From the NCBI GenBank assembly GCA_017461365.1, contig JAFTYG010000047.1, positions 9,298 to 73,297 of the forward strand: a DNA stretch of 64,000 nucleotides. The letters run 5' to 3'. Of the stretch, positions 1 through 8,710 are shown one piece after another (the first letter of the stretch is position 1; every line of letters starts with the position of its first letter). The position numbers and the translations under genes are program-made. The notes beneath the pieces were generated by a model. That model had not been told where the DNA came from. It did not search any database and was given only the letters and a program-made list of their open reading frames with translations. The DNA is from Clostridia bacterium. GTDB lineage: Bacteria > Bacillota > Clostridia > Oscillospirales > CAG-272.

Positions 1-55
1 CTTTTGCTTTATCCTTTTCAATATTATAAAAAATGAAAGGATCAAAAAATCAAAA

Positions 56-481
56 ATGAAAAAAAATCTGACAGCTTCTATTTCTCTTTCTTTAGCTCTC
101 GTTCTTCTTCTCTGCCTCGTCTCCTGCAACACGGTCGATGCTGAGGGACTTTGGGAGAGCGCTACCTACCGCCGCGATATGACGTTCGGCGACGGCGACA
201 CCACCGTTCAGCTTGAGGTCAAGGTCGAGGATCAGTCGGTTACGTTTACCGTCAACACCGACAAGAAAACTCTCGGCGACGCACTTATCGAGCACGGTCT
301 TATTGAAGGCGAGGATGGCGCTTACGGTCTTTATGTAAAAAAGGTCAACGGAATTGCCGCCGACTACGACGTAGATCAATCCTATTGGGCTCTCTACAAG
401 AACGGCGAGATGTCTATGACGGGAGTGGATACCACGGAGATCGCTGACGGCGAGCATTATGAATTCGTCTACACGAAGTAA
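56..481 (+). CDS. DUF4430/transcobalamin-like lipoprotein, putative ECF-associated substrate-binding protein
   Basis: Signal peptide with lipobox LVSC; C-terminal GLYVKKVNGI...YWALYKNGEMSMTGVD typical of DUF4430; overlaps an S-component gene. Confidence 0.7.
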   Translation: MKKNLTASISLSLALVLLLCLVSCNTVDAEGLWESATYRRDMTFGDGDTTVQLEVKVEDQSVTFTVNTDKKTLGDALIEHGLIEGEDGAYGLYVKKVNGIAADYDVDQSYWALYKNGEMSMTGVDTTEIADGEHYEFVYTK

Positions 482-992
482 AAAAATTCCTTTGCGACAG
501 CTCATTATCTTTGCCCTGCTTGGGGTGATAATGTTCTTGTCAAAGATCGTTATGGAGGCGCTTCCAAACATCCACCTGCTCGGGATGCTGACTATCACTT
601 ACACCTTGGTGTACCGATGGCGGGCGCTTATTCCGATCTATATTTACGTTTTTCTGAACGGACTTTTTGCGGGCTTTAACGCTTGGTGGGTACCCTACCT
701 TTACATCTGGACTATCCTTTGGGCGGCGACAATGTTGCTTCCCAAAAGGATGCCGAAGGTTGCGGCGTGCATTGTTTATCCGCTGCTCTGCGCTCTTCAC
801 GGGCTTGCCTTCGGAGTGCTTTATTCTCCTGCGCAGGCTTTGATGTTCGGCTTGAATTTTCAACAGATGCTTGTTTGGATAGCGAGTGGATTTGGCTTTG
901 ATATTATTCACTGTGTGGGTAATTTTGCGGTAGGATTTATTATTTACCCGCTCTCCGAGGTACTGCGAAAGCTTGAAAACAGATACAGATGA
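459..992 (+). CDS. ECF transporter S component (CbrT-like, possibly cobalamin)
   Basis: 177 aa, about 5-6 hydrophobic helices, ALPNIH motif near N-terminus and DIIHCVGN near C-terminus. Confidence 0.65.
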   Translation: MNSSTRSKKIPLRQLIIFALLGVIMFLSKIVMEALPNIHLLGMLTITYTLVYRWRALIPIYIYVFLNGLFAGFNAWWVPYLYIWTILWAATMLLPKRMPKVAACIVYPLLCALHGLAFGVLYSPAQALMFGLNFQQMLVWIASGFGFDIIHCVGNFAVGFIIYPLSEVLRKLENRYR

Positions 993-1007
993 TCTTTAAA
1001 CGGTCTT

Positions 1008-1040
1008 CCCCGCTCCGACCTCGGAGCGGGGTTTTTCTTT
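1008..1040 (+). terminator. Intrinsic terminator
   Basis: CCCCGCTCCGA-cc-TCGGAGCGGGG hairpin followed by TTTTTCTTTT. Confidence 0.85.
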
Positions 1041-1088
1041 TGGCGCGGCAGTAAAATAATACACTTTTTACATATTTTTCATTCGGTC

Positions 1089-1178
1089 TTTTGGGACCGT
1101 TTTTTTTGTTTTTATCTATCATTTTGGGACAAAGCGGGACATTAGGTATCCTTTTGAGACTCGACGGTGCGGTAAAAT
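1089..1178 (+). promoter_or_regulatory. Phased GGGAC repeats and -10-like TAAAAT upstream of the packaging operon
   Basis: GGGAC at 1093, 1126, 1136 and GAGAC at 1156; TAAAAT at 1173-1178; no consensus -35 at 17 bp spacing. Confidence 0.4.
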
Positions 1179-1211
1179 ATATGCGCACAGACGGAAATGG
1201 AGGTAAAACGG

Positions 1212-1646
1212 ATGAATCGGAAATGCGGTGTCAACTATCTTCGCGATACGTGCCGCCGCGATACTCTTAACAAAGCACTGGAAGCCTACATCCAAAGCTG
1301 CCGCTGTATCGACGAGTTCGGTACCGAGCTCTCCGATGCTTCGGACGGCTCGGGCAGAGGGCGCTCCAAGCGCGGGGCGGGACGCTTTCCGAACATAGCG
1401 GGCTTTTGCCGATACTACCGAACGGGGCTTGAGGAGCTTGAAACGCTTGCGGACGAATTTCCTGAGCAGATAGATATGCTTTACGCCTTTTTTGAGGATG
1501 AGGCTCTCAATTCGGGCATCTCTCCCGCGGTGCTTTCGGTTTATATGAAAAAGCGGCTCGGCTACGACAGAGAGCTTACGCGTCCCTCGGATGACTCTCC
1601 GATGACCGTCCGCTTCGAGCACGACATATACGATGACGGAGAATAA
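1212..1646 (+). CDS. Putative terminase small subunit
   Basis: SD GGAGGT before ATG 1212; FPNIAGFCRY HTH-like segment similar to DNA-packaging small subunits; overlaps the terL start. Confidence 0.6.
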   Translation: MNRKCGVNYLRDTCRRDTLNKALEAYIQSCRCIDEFGTELSDASDGSGRGRSKRGAGRFPNIAGFCRYYRTGLEELETLADEFPEQIDMLYAFFEDEALNSGISPAVLSVYMKKRLGYDRELTRPSDDSPMTVRFEHDIYDDGE

Positions 1647-2955
1647 AAATGCAACCGCTATTATACGCGGAGCTCCGACGGAGCGGCAAAAGGAATTTTT
1701 CTCGGCGCGTTCGAAATACGTCGCTTACGGCGGCGCGCGCGGAGGCGGAAAATCGTGGGCGCTTCGGCGCAAGCTGACGGCTATGTGTCTGCGTTACGGC
1801 GGACTTCACTGTCTGCTTGTCCGCAGAAGTCTTTTTGAGCTCAAATCAAACCACGTTTTTCCCTTTCTTCGGGAATACGGCTCGCTTGTCAGCTTCTCTT
1901 CCTCAGATATGTGTCTTTACTTCAAAAACGGGAGCCGCATAGATCTCGGATATTGCGACTCCGACAGGGATGCTCTGAGATACCAAGGTCAGGAATACGA
2001 CATTATTGCCATCGACGAGGCAACACAGCTGAGTGAATACAGATTTTCAATTTTCAAGGCCTGTCTGCGAGGCGCTAACTCGTTTCCCCACCGTATGTAT
2101 CTTACCTGCAATCCCGGGGGTATCGGACATTCGTGGGTAAAGCGGTTGTTTATCGACAGGAAATACCGCGAGGGTGAGCTTGCCGACGACTACACGTTTA
2201 TTCCCGCGCTCGTCTACGACAACACGGCTCTTATCGAGCGAGATCCCGAATACGTAAAGACGCTTGAGTCCTTGCCGCCAAAGATGCGCGACGCGTGGCT
2301 CTACGGAAAATGGGATATATTCGAGGGGCAATTCTTTCCCGAATTTGATCCCGCGCTACACGTCTACAAGTCGTCGGACACGCCCTGCAATCTCAAATAT
2401 TTTATATCGGTCGATTACGGCTTTGATATGCTTGCCGCTCTGCTTCTCGGGATCGACCGCGCGGGAAACGTATTCGTTCTGAAGGAATGCTGTAAGTCGG
2501 GACTTACTCTTTCGGAGGCCGCTCGCAGGATAGTAGATCTTTGCAAGTACAGAAGGATCGAATTCGTTACGGCGTCTCCCGACCTATGGAACAGGCGTCA
2601 GGACAGCGGACGGAGCGGATTTGAGATAATGCAAGCCGTTGCGGGGATGCCGCCGATGCGCCCTGCCGACGACCGACGCATAGCGGGATGGCGGCTCGTC
2701 CGCGAGTATCTTGCTTCCTCGGAGGGCTCACCAAGGCTGAGGATAAACGAAAACTGCTCGGAGCTTATCAGGTCTCTGCCCGCTCTTCTTTACGACAAAG
2801 AACGGACCGAGGATGCGTCAAGCGAGCCTCACGACGTAACGCACGCTCCCGAGGCTCTGCGATACGGTCTTATGAGCCGTATTCCGCCGCCCGAGCTTAT
2901 AGAAAAGACGGATTTTCATTTTGGCAAAAAGACCTCGCCTTTGTTTTTTGATTAA
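1633..2955 (+). CDS. Phage terminase large subunit
   Basis: Walker A YGGARGGGKS, Walker B IIAIDEA, coupling motif LTCNPGG, nuclease-domain SVDYG and THAPEALRY. Confidence 0.93.
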   Translation: MTENKNATAIIRGAPTERQKEFFSARSKYVAYGGARGGGKSWALRRKLTAMCLRYGGLHCLLVRRSLFELKSNHVFPFLREYGSLVSFSSSDMCLYFKNGSRIDLGYCDSDRDALRYQGQEYDIIAIDEATQLSEYRFSIFKACLRGANSFPHRMYLTCNPGGIGHSWVKRLFIDRKYREGELADDYTFIPALVYDNTALIERDPEYVKTLESLPPKMRDAWLYGKWDIFEGQFFPEFDPALHVYKSSDTPCNLKYFISVDYGFDMLAALLLGIDRAGNVFVLKECCKSGLTLSEAARRIVDLCKYRRIEFVTASPDLWNRRQDSGRSGFEIMQAVAGMPPMRPADDRRIAGWRLVREYLASSEGSPRLRINENCSELIRSLPALLYDKERTEDASSEPHDVTHAPEALRYGLMSRIPPPELIEKTDFHFGKKTSPLFFD

Positions 2956-3046
2956 ATAAAAAAGTCTGTGCGTTTCAAAAAACAGAGGGTGAGTGTCTGA
3001 CGGACATTTGCCGCGGACGACCGCGAGATTGTGAAGCAATCCCCAG

Positions 3047-3071
3047 TGGCTTACCGTGTGGTCGCCCCTAC
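3047..3071 (-). repeat. Degenerate GTAG-type REP element
   Basis: Minus strand reads GTAGGGGCGACC-acac-GGTAAGCC; the first 12 nt are identical to the REP at 25001. Confidence 0.55.
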
Positions 3072-3109
3072 GCTTAGGCGGATAAGTAAATTTACGTAAG
3101 GAATTATCT

Positions 3110-4837
3110 ATGAAAACTAACACAAAAACCAAAAAGAATACTATCAATTTCGACGGCTTCGGCGGAGTTGATCTGACAAAGACTCACAGTGATATTTTTT
3201 CGGCGCGGAGCATCGAAAACTTTCGCGTGCTCAACGACGGCTCGCTTGAGAAGCGGCAAGGCTATCGCTTTCTCTCCGATCTCGGCGGTACTGTACGCGC
3301 GTTCTGGGGCGGAATGCTTGACGGCTCTTACACCTTATTTATGCTCATTGACGACACGCTGTGCTTTATCATTCCCGAAACGGGAGAGCGTATGCCTCTC
3401 TTTACTGTAGGTACGTCCTCTGGAAGCGCTTGCTTCTTCTTTTTCCGAGAGACGCTTTACCTGCTTGACGGCGAGAAGATATACGAATTTACGGGGCTTG
3501 AATTCAATGAGACGGTCGGCTACGTTCCGCTTGTGGCAAAGGATTGGGTAAACGACTATATCGGGGAGATCAACGAGCCGAGAAATATTCTCAACAGACA
3601 CGCCCGCGCCACATACACAGTATCGGACACTCCGTCGATCTATCTGTGCGCGGGAGAGCCTATTGAGTCGGTGGAGGCGGTCTACGTCAACCACGCCCTG
3701 CTCTCCTCTTCGCGCTATTCGATCAACCATACCTTCAACACGATAAACGTTCAAGGTCTTGCGGCGGGCGACAAGGTTGAGGTCTTTTTCACCTATCAGA
3801 ACGGCTACGACGATCTTATGACGAAGCTTTGCTCTGCAACGTCCTCCGCGCTTTTCGGCGGTATCGGCTCAAACCGAATATTTCTTTGCGGCGGCTCTTG
3901 CTACGGCACTGTATTTGCTTCCAAGAACGTATCGCGGTTCGATATTGCTCTCTCTCAGAAGCACTATCCGCAAAGCAACGGGCTTTATATCCCCGTGGGC
4001 TACGAATTTGAGGCGGGCGACGGCATAGCCGCGGTCCAGGCGATCGCGCGTCAGTACGGTCACATCCTCATATTTACCGAGTCTGACGTATGGATGATAA
4101 CTCCCGACGACGATGGCAGTGAATTTGCAAGCGCGACGGGGGTAAACGGACGGATAGGCTGTCCTGTAGCGGGCGGCGCTACGGTCTCTGAAAACGAGCC
4201 CGTATCTATCGGCGCGCACTCGGTGTTTGCGTGGGAGACCGACTCGCAGAGAAAATGCGATGCGCAAAGCATTTCAAAGCCAATTGACGCTGAGCTGTCC
4301 GAGGAATATCTCAAAAGCTGCTCTCTTTATTACGACGCGACAAGAAACGAGCTGTGGCTTTACAGCAGCAGCCAGAACTATGCGTGGATATACAACACTG
4401 TACGGAAGGCATGGTACAAATTTACGGGCATATGCGCGGATACGATATTTGACCTTAACGGCTCTCTCTGCTTTATCCGCGACGGAAAGATGTTCGTTTT
4501 TGACGATGACTGTTATGTCGACACAGATGAGAACGGCGAGTCTCTGCCTATATCGGCAAGCTACGTAACAAGCTTCTCAGATCTCGGCACGACCGACTTT
4601 AAAAATCTCTCCTCGGTAACGCTTCGCGCCGATCTTTACTCCGAGCCTCTTTTGCTCAGATTTGATGGAGAAGGCACTGCATCTGTGTCTTGGAATTTAT
4701 CCGACTCCTCGGAAAGCGAGCATTCGCTCATAGACAAGCGTGTGTTCACGGGCAGAACGAAATACTTCTCTCTTACGCTTGCCTCAAACGGCAACGAAAG
4801 GCAAAAAATACATAGCCTTACCGTTTACACGAGGTAA
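3110..4837 (+). CDS. Podophage tail nozzle / DNA-stabilisation-like protein (P22 gp10 / T7 gp12-like)
   Basis: N-terminal FGGVD...ENF...DGSLEKRQGY pattern, beta-rich propeller-like body, WIYN...W.KF near C-terminus; lies among head genes. Confidence 0.6.
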   Translation: MKTNTKTKKNTINFDGFGGVDLTKTHSDIFSARSIENFRVLNDGSLEKRQGYRFLSDLGGTVRAFWGGMLDGSYTLFMLIDDTLCFIIPETGERMPLFTVGTSSGSACFFFFRETLYLLDGEKIYEFTGLEFNETVGYVPLVAKDWVNDYIGEINEPRNILNRHARATYTVSDTPSIYLCAGEPIESVEAVYVNHALLSSSRYSINHTFNTINVQGLAAGDKVEVFFTYQNGYDDLMTKLCSATSSALFGGIGSNRIFLCGGSCYGTVFASKNVSRFDIALSQKHYPQSNGLYIPVGYEFEAGDGIAAVQAIARQYGHILIFTESDVWMITPDDDGSEFASATGVNGRIGCPVAGGATVSENEPVSIGAHSVFAWETDSQRKCDAQSISKPIDAELSEEYLKSCSLYYDATRNELWLYSSSQNYAWIYNTVRKAWYKFTGICADTIFDLNGSLCFIRDGKMFVFDDDCYVDTDENGESLPISASYVTSFSDLGTTDFKNLSSVTLRADLYSEPLLLRFDGEGTASVSWNLSDSSESEHSLIDKRVFTGRTKYFSLTLASNGNERQKIHSLTVYTR

Positions 4838-4864
4838 GGCTGACAAAAGAAAGGAAAAATCGAA

Positions 4865-6424
4865 ATGAACAATTCAGTACGGCTTGCCTGGGAGCAATAT
4901 GAGGCGGGCAAGGACTACAAGAGGCGGATAGGTCTTTATGAGACTATCCGTCAGAACGAAAGGTTTTACAGAGGTCAACAGTGGAGCTCGGGCGAGGGCG
5001 CGGAGCTTCCCCACCCCGTATTCAACATTATCCGACGGATAATCGACTATCTCGTCTGCTCGGTCGCGTCTACCGATCTGTCGGTCAGGTTTACCGACGA
5101 AAATCTTCCCTTTATGCGAAACGAGGCCGAGCGTCAAAATCTGCGGCGAGGTCTTGAGGTGCTTTCCGCCAACGCCGCATACCGTTGGGAGAAGAGCGGT
5201 ATTGACCACAAGCTCCTGCGCTTACTGACCGATGCGGCGATAACGGGCGACGGCGTTATATACTGTTATTGGGACAGCGAGCAAAGGACGCCTCAGCTCT
5301 TTTCGGGTGACATTGTAAGCGAGGTAATCGACAACGTAAATCTTTTTGTATCCGACGTAAACAAAAACGATCTGCAATCTCAGGAATATATCATTATCGC
5401 AGGGCGCGCGCCCATATCCGTCTTACGCCGAGAGGCACTAATGAGCGGCGCGTCGGACGAGGACATATCGAAGATACTTCCCGACGGCGACCGTCAGGGA
5501 CAGAGCGGAGACATGGCTGACTTTGAGCTTTCGGGCGACGACGAGGCAAAGGCGACCTACATCATAAAATTCTGGCGTGAGGACGGGCGCGTAGTATTTG
5601 AAAAATCGGTACGCGAATGCTCTGTAAAGAGAGCTCGCACCGACTGCCGTCTTTATCCCGTGGCATATTTCAACTGGATGCCCACAAAGAACAGCTTTCA
5701 CGGCACGTCTCCCATAACATCTCTTATTCCGAACCAGCGTTTTATCAACCGCGCCTACTCGATGGCGATGAAGCATATGATCGACACGGCGTTCTCGAAG
5801 ATAGTTTATGACAAGTCGAAGATACCCGAATGGACCAACACCGTAGGCGAGGCGATAGCCGCCGTTGGCGGAGGAAACATCTCCGATGCCGTCTCTGTTA
5901 TCGGTGTCGGGGAGATGCAGAACGGATATATGGAGCTTATCGACAGCGCCATTGAGATGACGAAGGATCTTATGGGAGCTACCGAGTCGGCGCTCGGAAA
6001 TCTTGACGCGACCAACACGAGCGCGATACTTGCCCTACAGGAGACCTCTCGCATACCTCTTGAGCAGGTACGCTCGGCATATTACAGATGCGTTGAGGAC
6101 ATGGCGAATATCTGGGCTGACATGATGTGCGCCTACTATCCGTCGGAGCGTCTTATCCCTTACGGCACCTCTGACGGCTATACGGCTGAGGCTATTGATC
6201 TTACCGCTCTCAAAAACGGTTTTCTTTGCGCCCGTATCGACGTAGCCGAGGTATCTCGTTACAGCGCGGCAAGTGCGCAGAGTATGCTTGACAAGCTCCT
6301 TGACGGCGGTTACATTTCGCCCTCCGACTACATCCGCAGACTTCCGAGCGGAATTCTCAACGACAGGCAATCGCTCATTGAGGATATTGAGGCGCGGACA
6401 CTTGAAAATGAAAGGAAGGAATGA
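4865..6424 (+). CDS. Phage portal protein (P22-like)
   Basis: 519 aa; FYRGQQW, VFNIIRRIID, DAAITGDG, LIPNQRFIN and SAILALQE segments typical of podophage portals. Confidence 0.8.
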   Translation: MNNSVRLAWEQYEAGKDYKRRIGLYETIRQNERFYRGQQWSSGEGAELPHPVFNIIRRIIDYLVCSVASTDLSVRFTDENLPFMRNEAERQNLRRGLEVLSANAAYRWEKSGIDHKLLRLLTDAAITGDGVIYCYWDSEQRTPQLFSGDIVSEVIDNVNLFVSDVNKNDLQSQEYIIIAGRAPISVLRREALMSGASDEDISKILPDGDRQGQSGDMADFELSGDDEAKATYIIKFWREDGRVVFEKSVRECSVKRARTDCRLYPVAYFNWMPTKNSFHGTSPITSLIPNQRFINRAYSMAMKHMIDTAFSKIVYDKSKIPEWTNTVGEAIAAVGGGNISDAVSVIGVGEMQNGYMELIDSAIEMTKDLMGATESALGNLDATNTSAILALQETSRIPLEQVRSAYYRCVEDMANIWADMMCAYYPSERLIPYGTSDGYTAEAIDLTALKNGFLCARIDVAEVSRYSAASAQSMLDKLLDGGYISPSDYIRRLPSGILNDRQSLIEDIEARTLENERKE

Positions 6425-6427
6425 TCT

Positions 6428-6940
6428 ATGGAAGAAGAAATTTTGACAGACGTCAGTGTATCTGAGTCTGAAAATGAGGCTATAGAAGAGGCTGCCGAGG
6501 AGGCTCTCGCAGAGGAGGTTGGGGCTTCTCCCGACGACTCGGATGCCTTACGCGCTGAGATAGAACGGCTTCGCGGCATTATAGCTCAAAGGGAAGCCGA
6601 GAGCGCCAAGAGCTTAGGCGAGCTTGAGGAATTTTACCGTCTGTTTCCCGACACGTCGGTAAAGGACGTACCCGACGCCGTATGGCAAAGAGTATCGGGG
6701 GGGATTCCTCTTTCGGCGGCGTACGCGCTTTACGAGCGGGAGCTCTCTCTTCTCTCCCGCCGCGCCGACGAGGTGAACACCCGAAACGCGTCTTTATCTG
6801 CGGGAAAGGCGGGAGACTCTCCGCGGAGTGAATATTTTTCTCCCGACGAGGTGCGTGTTATGTCTCAAAAAGAGGTTCACGAAAACTATGCGAAAATCCG
6901 GCGCTCTATGGAGCATTGGCGAAGGGGCGCAGGCAGATGA
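6428..6940 (+). CDS. Putative capsid scaffolding protein
   Basis: Acidic coiled-coil N-terminus, C-terminal FSPDEVRVMS...IRRSM helix, located between portal and capsid genes. Confidence 0.65.
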   Translation: MEEEILTDVSVSESENEAIEEAAEEALAEEVGASPDDSDALRAEIERLRGIIAQREAESAKSLGELEEFYRLFPDTSVKDVPDAVWQRVSGGIPLSAAYALYERELSLLSRRADEVNTRNASLSAGKAGDSPRSEYFSPDEVRVMSQKEVHENYAKIRRSMEHWRRGAGR

Positions 6941-6988
6941 TCTTAAAGATCGAAATTTAATTTTTAATTCAGAAAGGAAAAAACAAAA

Positions 6989-7816
6989 ATGGCAATTACA
7001 AACTTTATTCCCACTATATGGAGTGAAAATCTTCTCTCCTCTCTTAATCATCACTACATAGGCGTTGCAAACTGCAACCGCGATTATGAGGGGGAGATCA
7101 AAAACCGCGGCTCGTCCGTAAAGATCTGCGGTGTCGGCAATATCACTATCGGAGATTACACGAAGGACACCGATATGTCCACGCCTCAGGATCTTTCCGA
7201 CACCTTGGCGGAGCTTATTATTGATCAGGCGAAATACTTCAACTTCCAGGTCGACGACATCGACAAGACGCAGTGCTCCCCGAAGCTCCTTGACGCGGCT
7301 ATGCGCAACGCCGCAAACGCTCTTGCGAACACTGCGGATAAGTACGTATTCTCTCTTTACGGTCAGGCGGCTCAGAAATTTGACGCCGATCTTTCCACGG
7401 ACAGCATCATTGATATTATTCTGAAGTCTCGCGAGCTTCTCTACACGAACAACGTGACCGATCCGTCCGACATCGTTATCGAGCTTTCTCCCGCCGCCGC
7501 GACAAAGCTCATCAAGGAGCAGGCTGACGTTTTCTCTTACAACAACGATATTCTCTCCACGGGCTGTATCGGCTCTGTGGCGGGCTGCAAGGTCTTTGTA
7601 AGCAACAACATTTCGATCGAGGACGGCCCCACTCAGATACACCACTGTCTTATGCGCTCCAAGCGTTCTATCGCTTTTGCCGAGCAGCTCTCCGAGATCG
7701 AGGCTTACCGCCCCGAGAAGAGATTTGCCGATGCCGTAAAGGGACTTCATCTGTACGGCGCAAAGGTGGTTTACCCCGACGAGATCATAGACATGGAATT
7801 TACGGTTGAGGAGTGA
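6989..7816 (+). CDS. Major capsid protein (P22 coat gp5-like, HK97 fold)
   Basis: FIPTIWS, NRDYEGEI..G.SVKI, IDQAKYFNFQVDDID, RPEKRFADAVKGLHLYGAKV motifs. Confidence 0.9.
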   Translation: MAITNFIPTIWSENLLSSLNHHYIGVANCNRDYEGEIKNRGSSVKICGVGNITIGDYTKDTDMSTPQDLSDTLAELIIDQAKYFNFQVDDIDKTQCSPKLLDAAMRNAANALANTADKYVFSLYGQAAQKFDADLSTDSIIDIILKSRELLYTNNVTDPSDIVIELSPAAATKLIKEQADVFSYNNDILSTGCIGSVAGCKVFVSNNISIEDGPTQIHHCLMRSKRSIAFAEQLSEIEAYRPEKRFADAVKGLHLYGAKVVYPDEIIDMEFTVEE

Positions 7817-7821
7817 TGCGT

Positions 7822-8208
7822 ATGAAAAATTTTGATATTTACAAGAATGCTCTCCGTCTGCTTGCGCAGAGTGTTGACGAGGATGAAAATGCGGATCTTG
7901 CTGAGCGCGCGCCTTATTTCATTGCGGCTTTCTGCTGTGAAGCCGCCGAGCTTGACAGAGCGGCGCGTCTCGTTCTCGGGATCGAGGGCCCTGAGGAATT
8001 CAACGAGGTATGTCTTGCGCTTGACGAGGATTTTCCTCTTCTGCCGAGATTTGCAACTGTGGCGGCCAAGTATCTTGCGGCGATGCTCGTTATCGAGGAG
8101 GACGGCGATCTTTCTGACAAGCTCTATGCTATGTACTGCGACGGAATGTCGCTGATAAAGGAGGGGCTTCCCGCTCTTATTGAAAAAATAGTTCATAAGA
8201 AGCCTTAA
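7822..8208 (+). CDS. Putative head-tail adaptor / head completion protein
   Basis: Small helical protein directly after the capsid gene with SD GAGGAG; KYLAAML..EEDG pattern; assigned mainly by position. Confidence 0.5.
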   Translation: MKNFDIYKNALRLLAQSVDEDENADLAERAPYFIAAFCCEAAELDRAARLVLGIEGPEEFNEVCLALDEDFPLLPRFATVAAKYLAAMLVIEEDGDLSDKLYAMYCDGMSLIKEGLPALIEKIVHKKP

Positions 8209-8213
8209 ACTCT

Positions 8214-8258
8214 TCCCACCCAAATTACCGAGGTAATTTGGGTGGGATATTATTTTTT
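8214..8258 (+). terminator. Intrinsic terminator closing the phage-like operon
   Basis: Perfect inverted repeat TCCCACCCAAATTACC-ga-GGTAATTTGGGTGGGA followed by a T-rich tail. Confidence 0.85.
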
Positions 8259-8261
8259 ATA

Positions 8262-8290
8262 TTGAAATTTTCGGGATTTTATTGTATAAT
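8262..8290 (+). promoter_or_regulatory. sigmaA promoter
   Basis: TTGAAA-17 bp-TATAAT upstream of the 8320 gene. Confidence 0.7.
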
Positions 8291-8319
8291 AAATACATCA
8301 AAATTCAAGGAGAGAAATT

Positions 8320-8616
8320 ATGGCAAAGGAATATACATGGAATATCGACGAGCAGGTCGTAAACGTTGAAACTGAGGAGGAGGAAACGGTGACGCACAGT
8401 GTGTCGCTCGTTTGCTCAAATCTTACGGGAAAGGCTATTATTACGATAGACGGCAGTGAGTTTGACATCAGTGTGCGTCCTTTTGGTCTGCGTGGCACAA
8501 ATCAGGTGTTCAGGCTCGGGGATATGGCGGCTATTATTGATTTTCCCAAAAAGGGTGAGCCTGACATCGTTATTGACGGCAAATACGTGCGGTCGGGCGA
8601 AAAATATGAGGCTTAA
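8320..8616 (+). CDS. Hypothetical small beta-rich protein
   Basis: SD AAGGAG, own promoter, 98-aa ORF. Confidence 0.7.
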   Translation: MAKEYTWNIDEQVVNVETEEEETVTHSVSLVCSNLTGKAIITIDGSEFDISVRPFGLRGTNQVFRLGDMAAIIDFPKKGEPDIVIDGKYVRSGEKYEA

Positions 8617-8710
8617 AGGGTAACGCTTCAGGTTACAGCGAAAATAATAAAAAATTTTTTCAAAGCACCCAACAAAATTCATTTTTTCGGCACTTTATAA
8701 GTGAAGGGCG

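Larger units (their letters stand above)
1212..8208 (+). mobile_element. Minimal phage-derived packaging/head operon (GTA-like or domesticated prophage remnant)
   Basis: Seven co-oriented uninterrupted structural genes between two terminators; no integrase, replication or lysis genes recognised. Confidence 0.75.

Noticed and set aside
6794-7750. 318-aa ORF antisense to the capsid gene
   Set aside because: Shadow ORF explained by codon bias.
1212-8208. Interpretation as an intact inducible prophage or as an encapsulin
   Set aside because: No integrase, att repeats, replication or lysis genes were seen; terminase and portal argue against an encapsulin. A decayed prophage cannot be fully excluded without comparative data.
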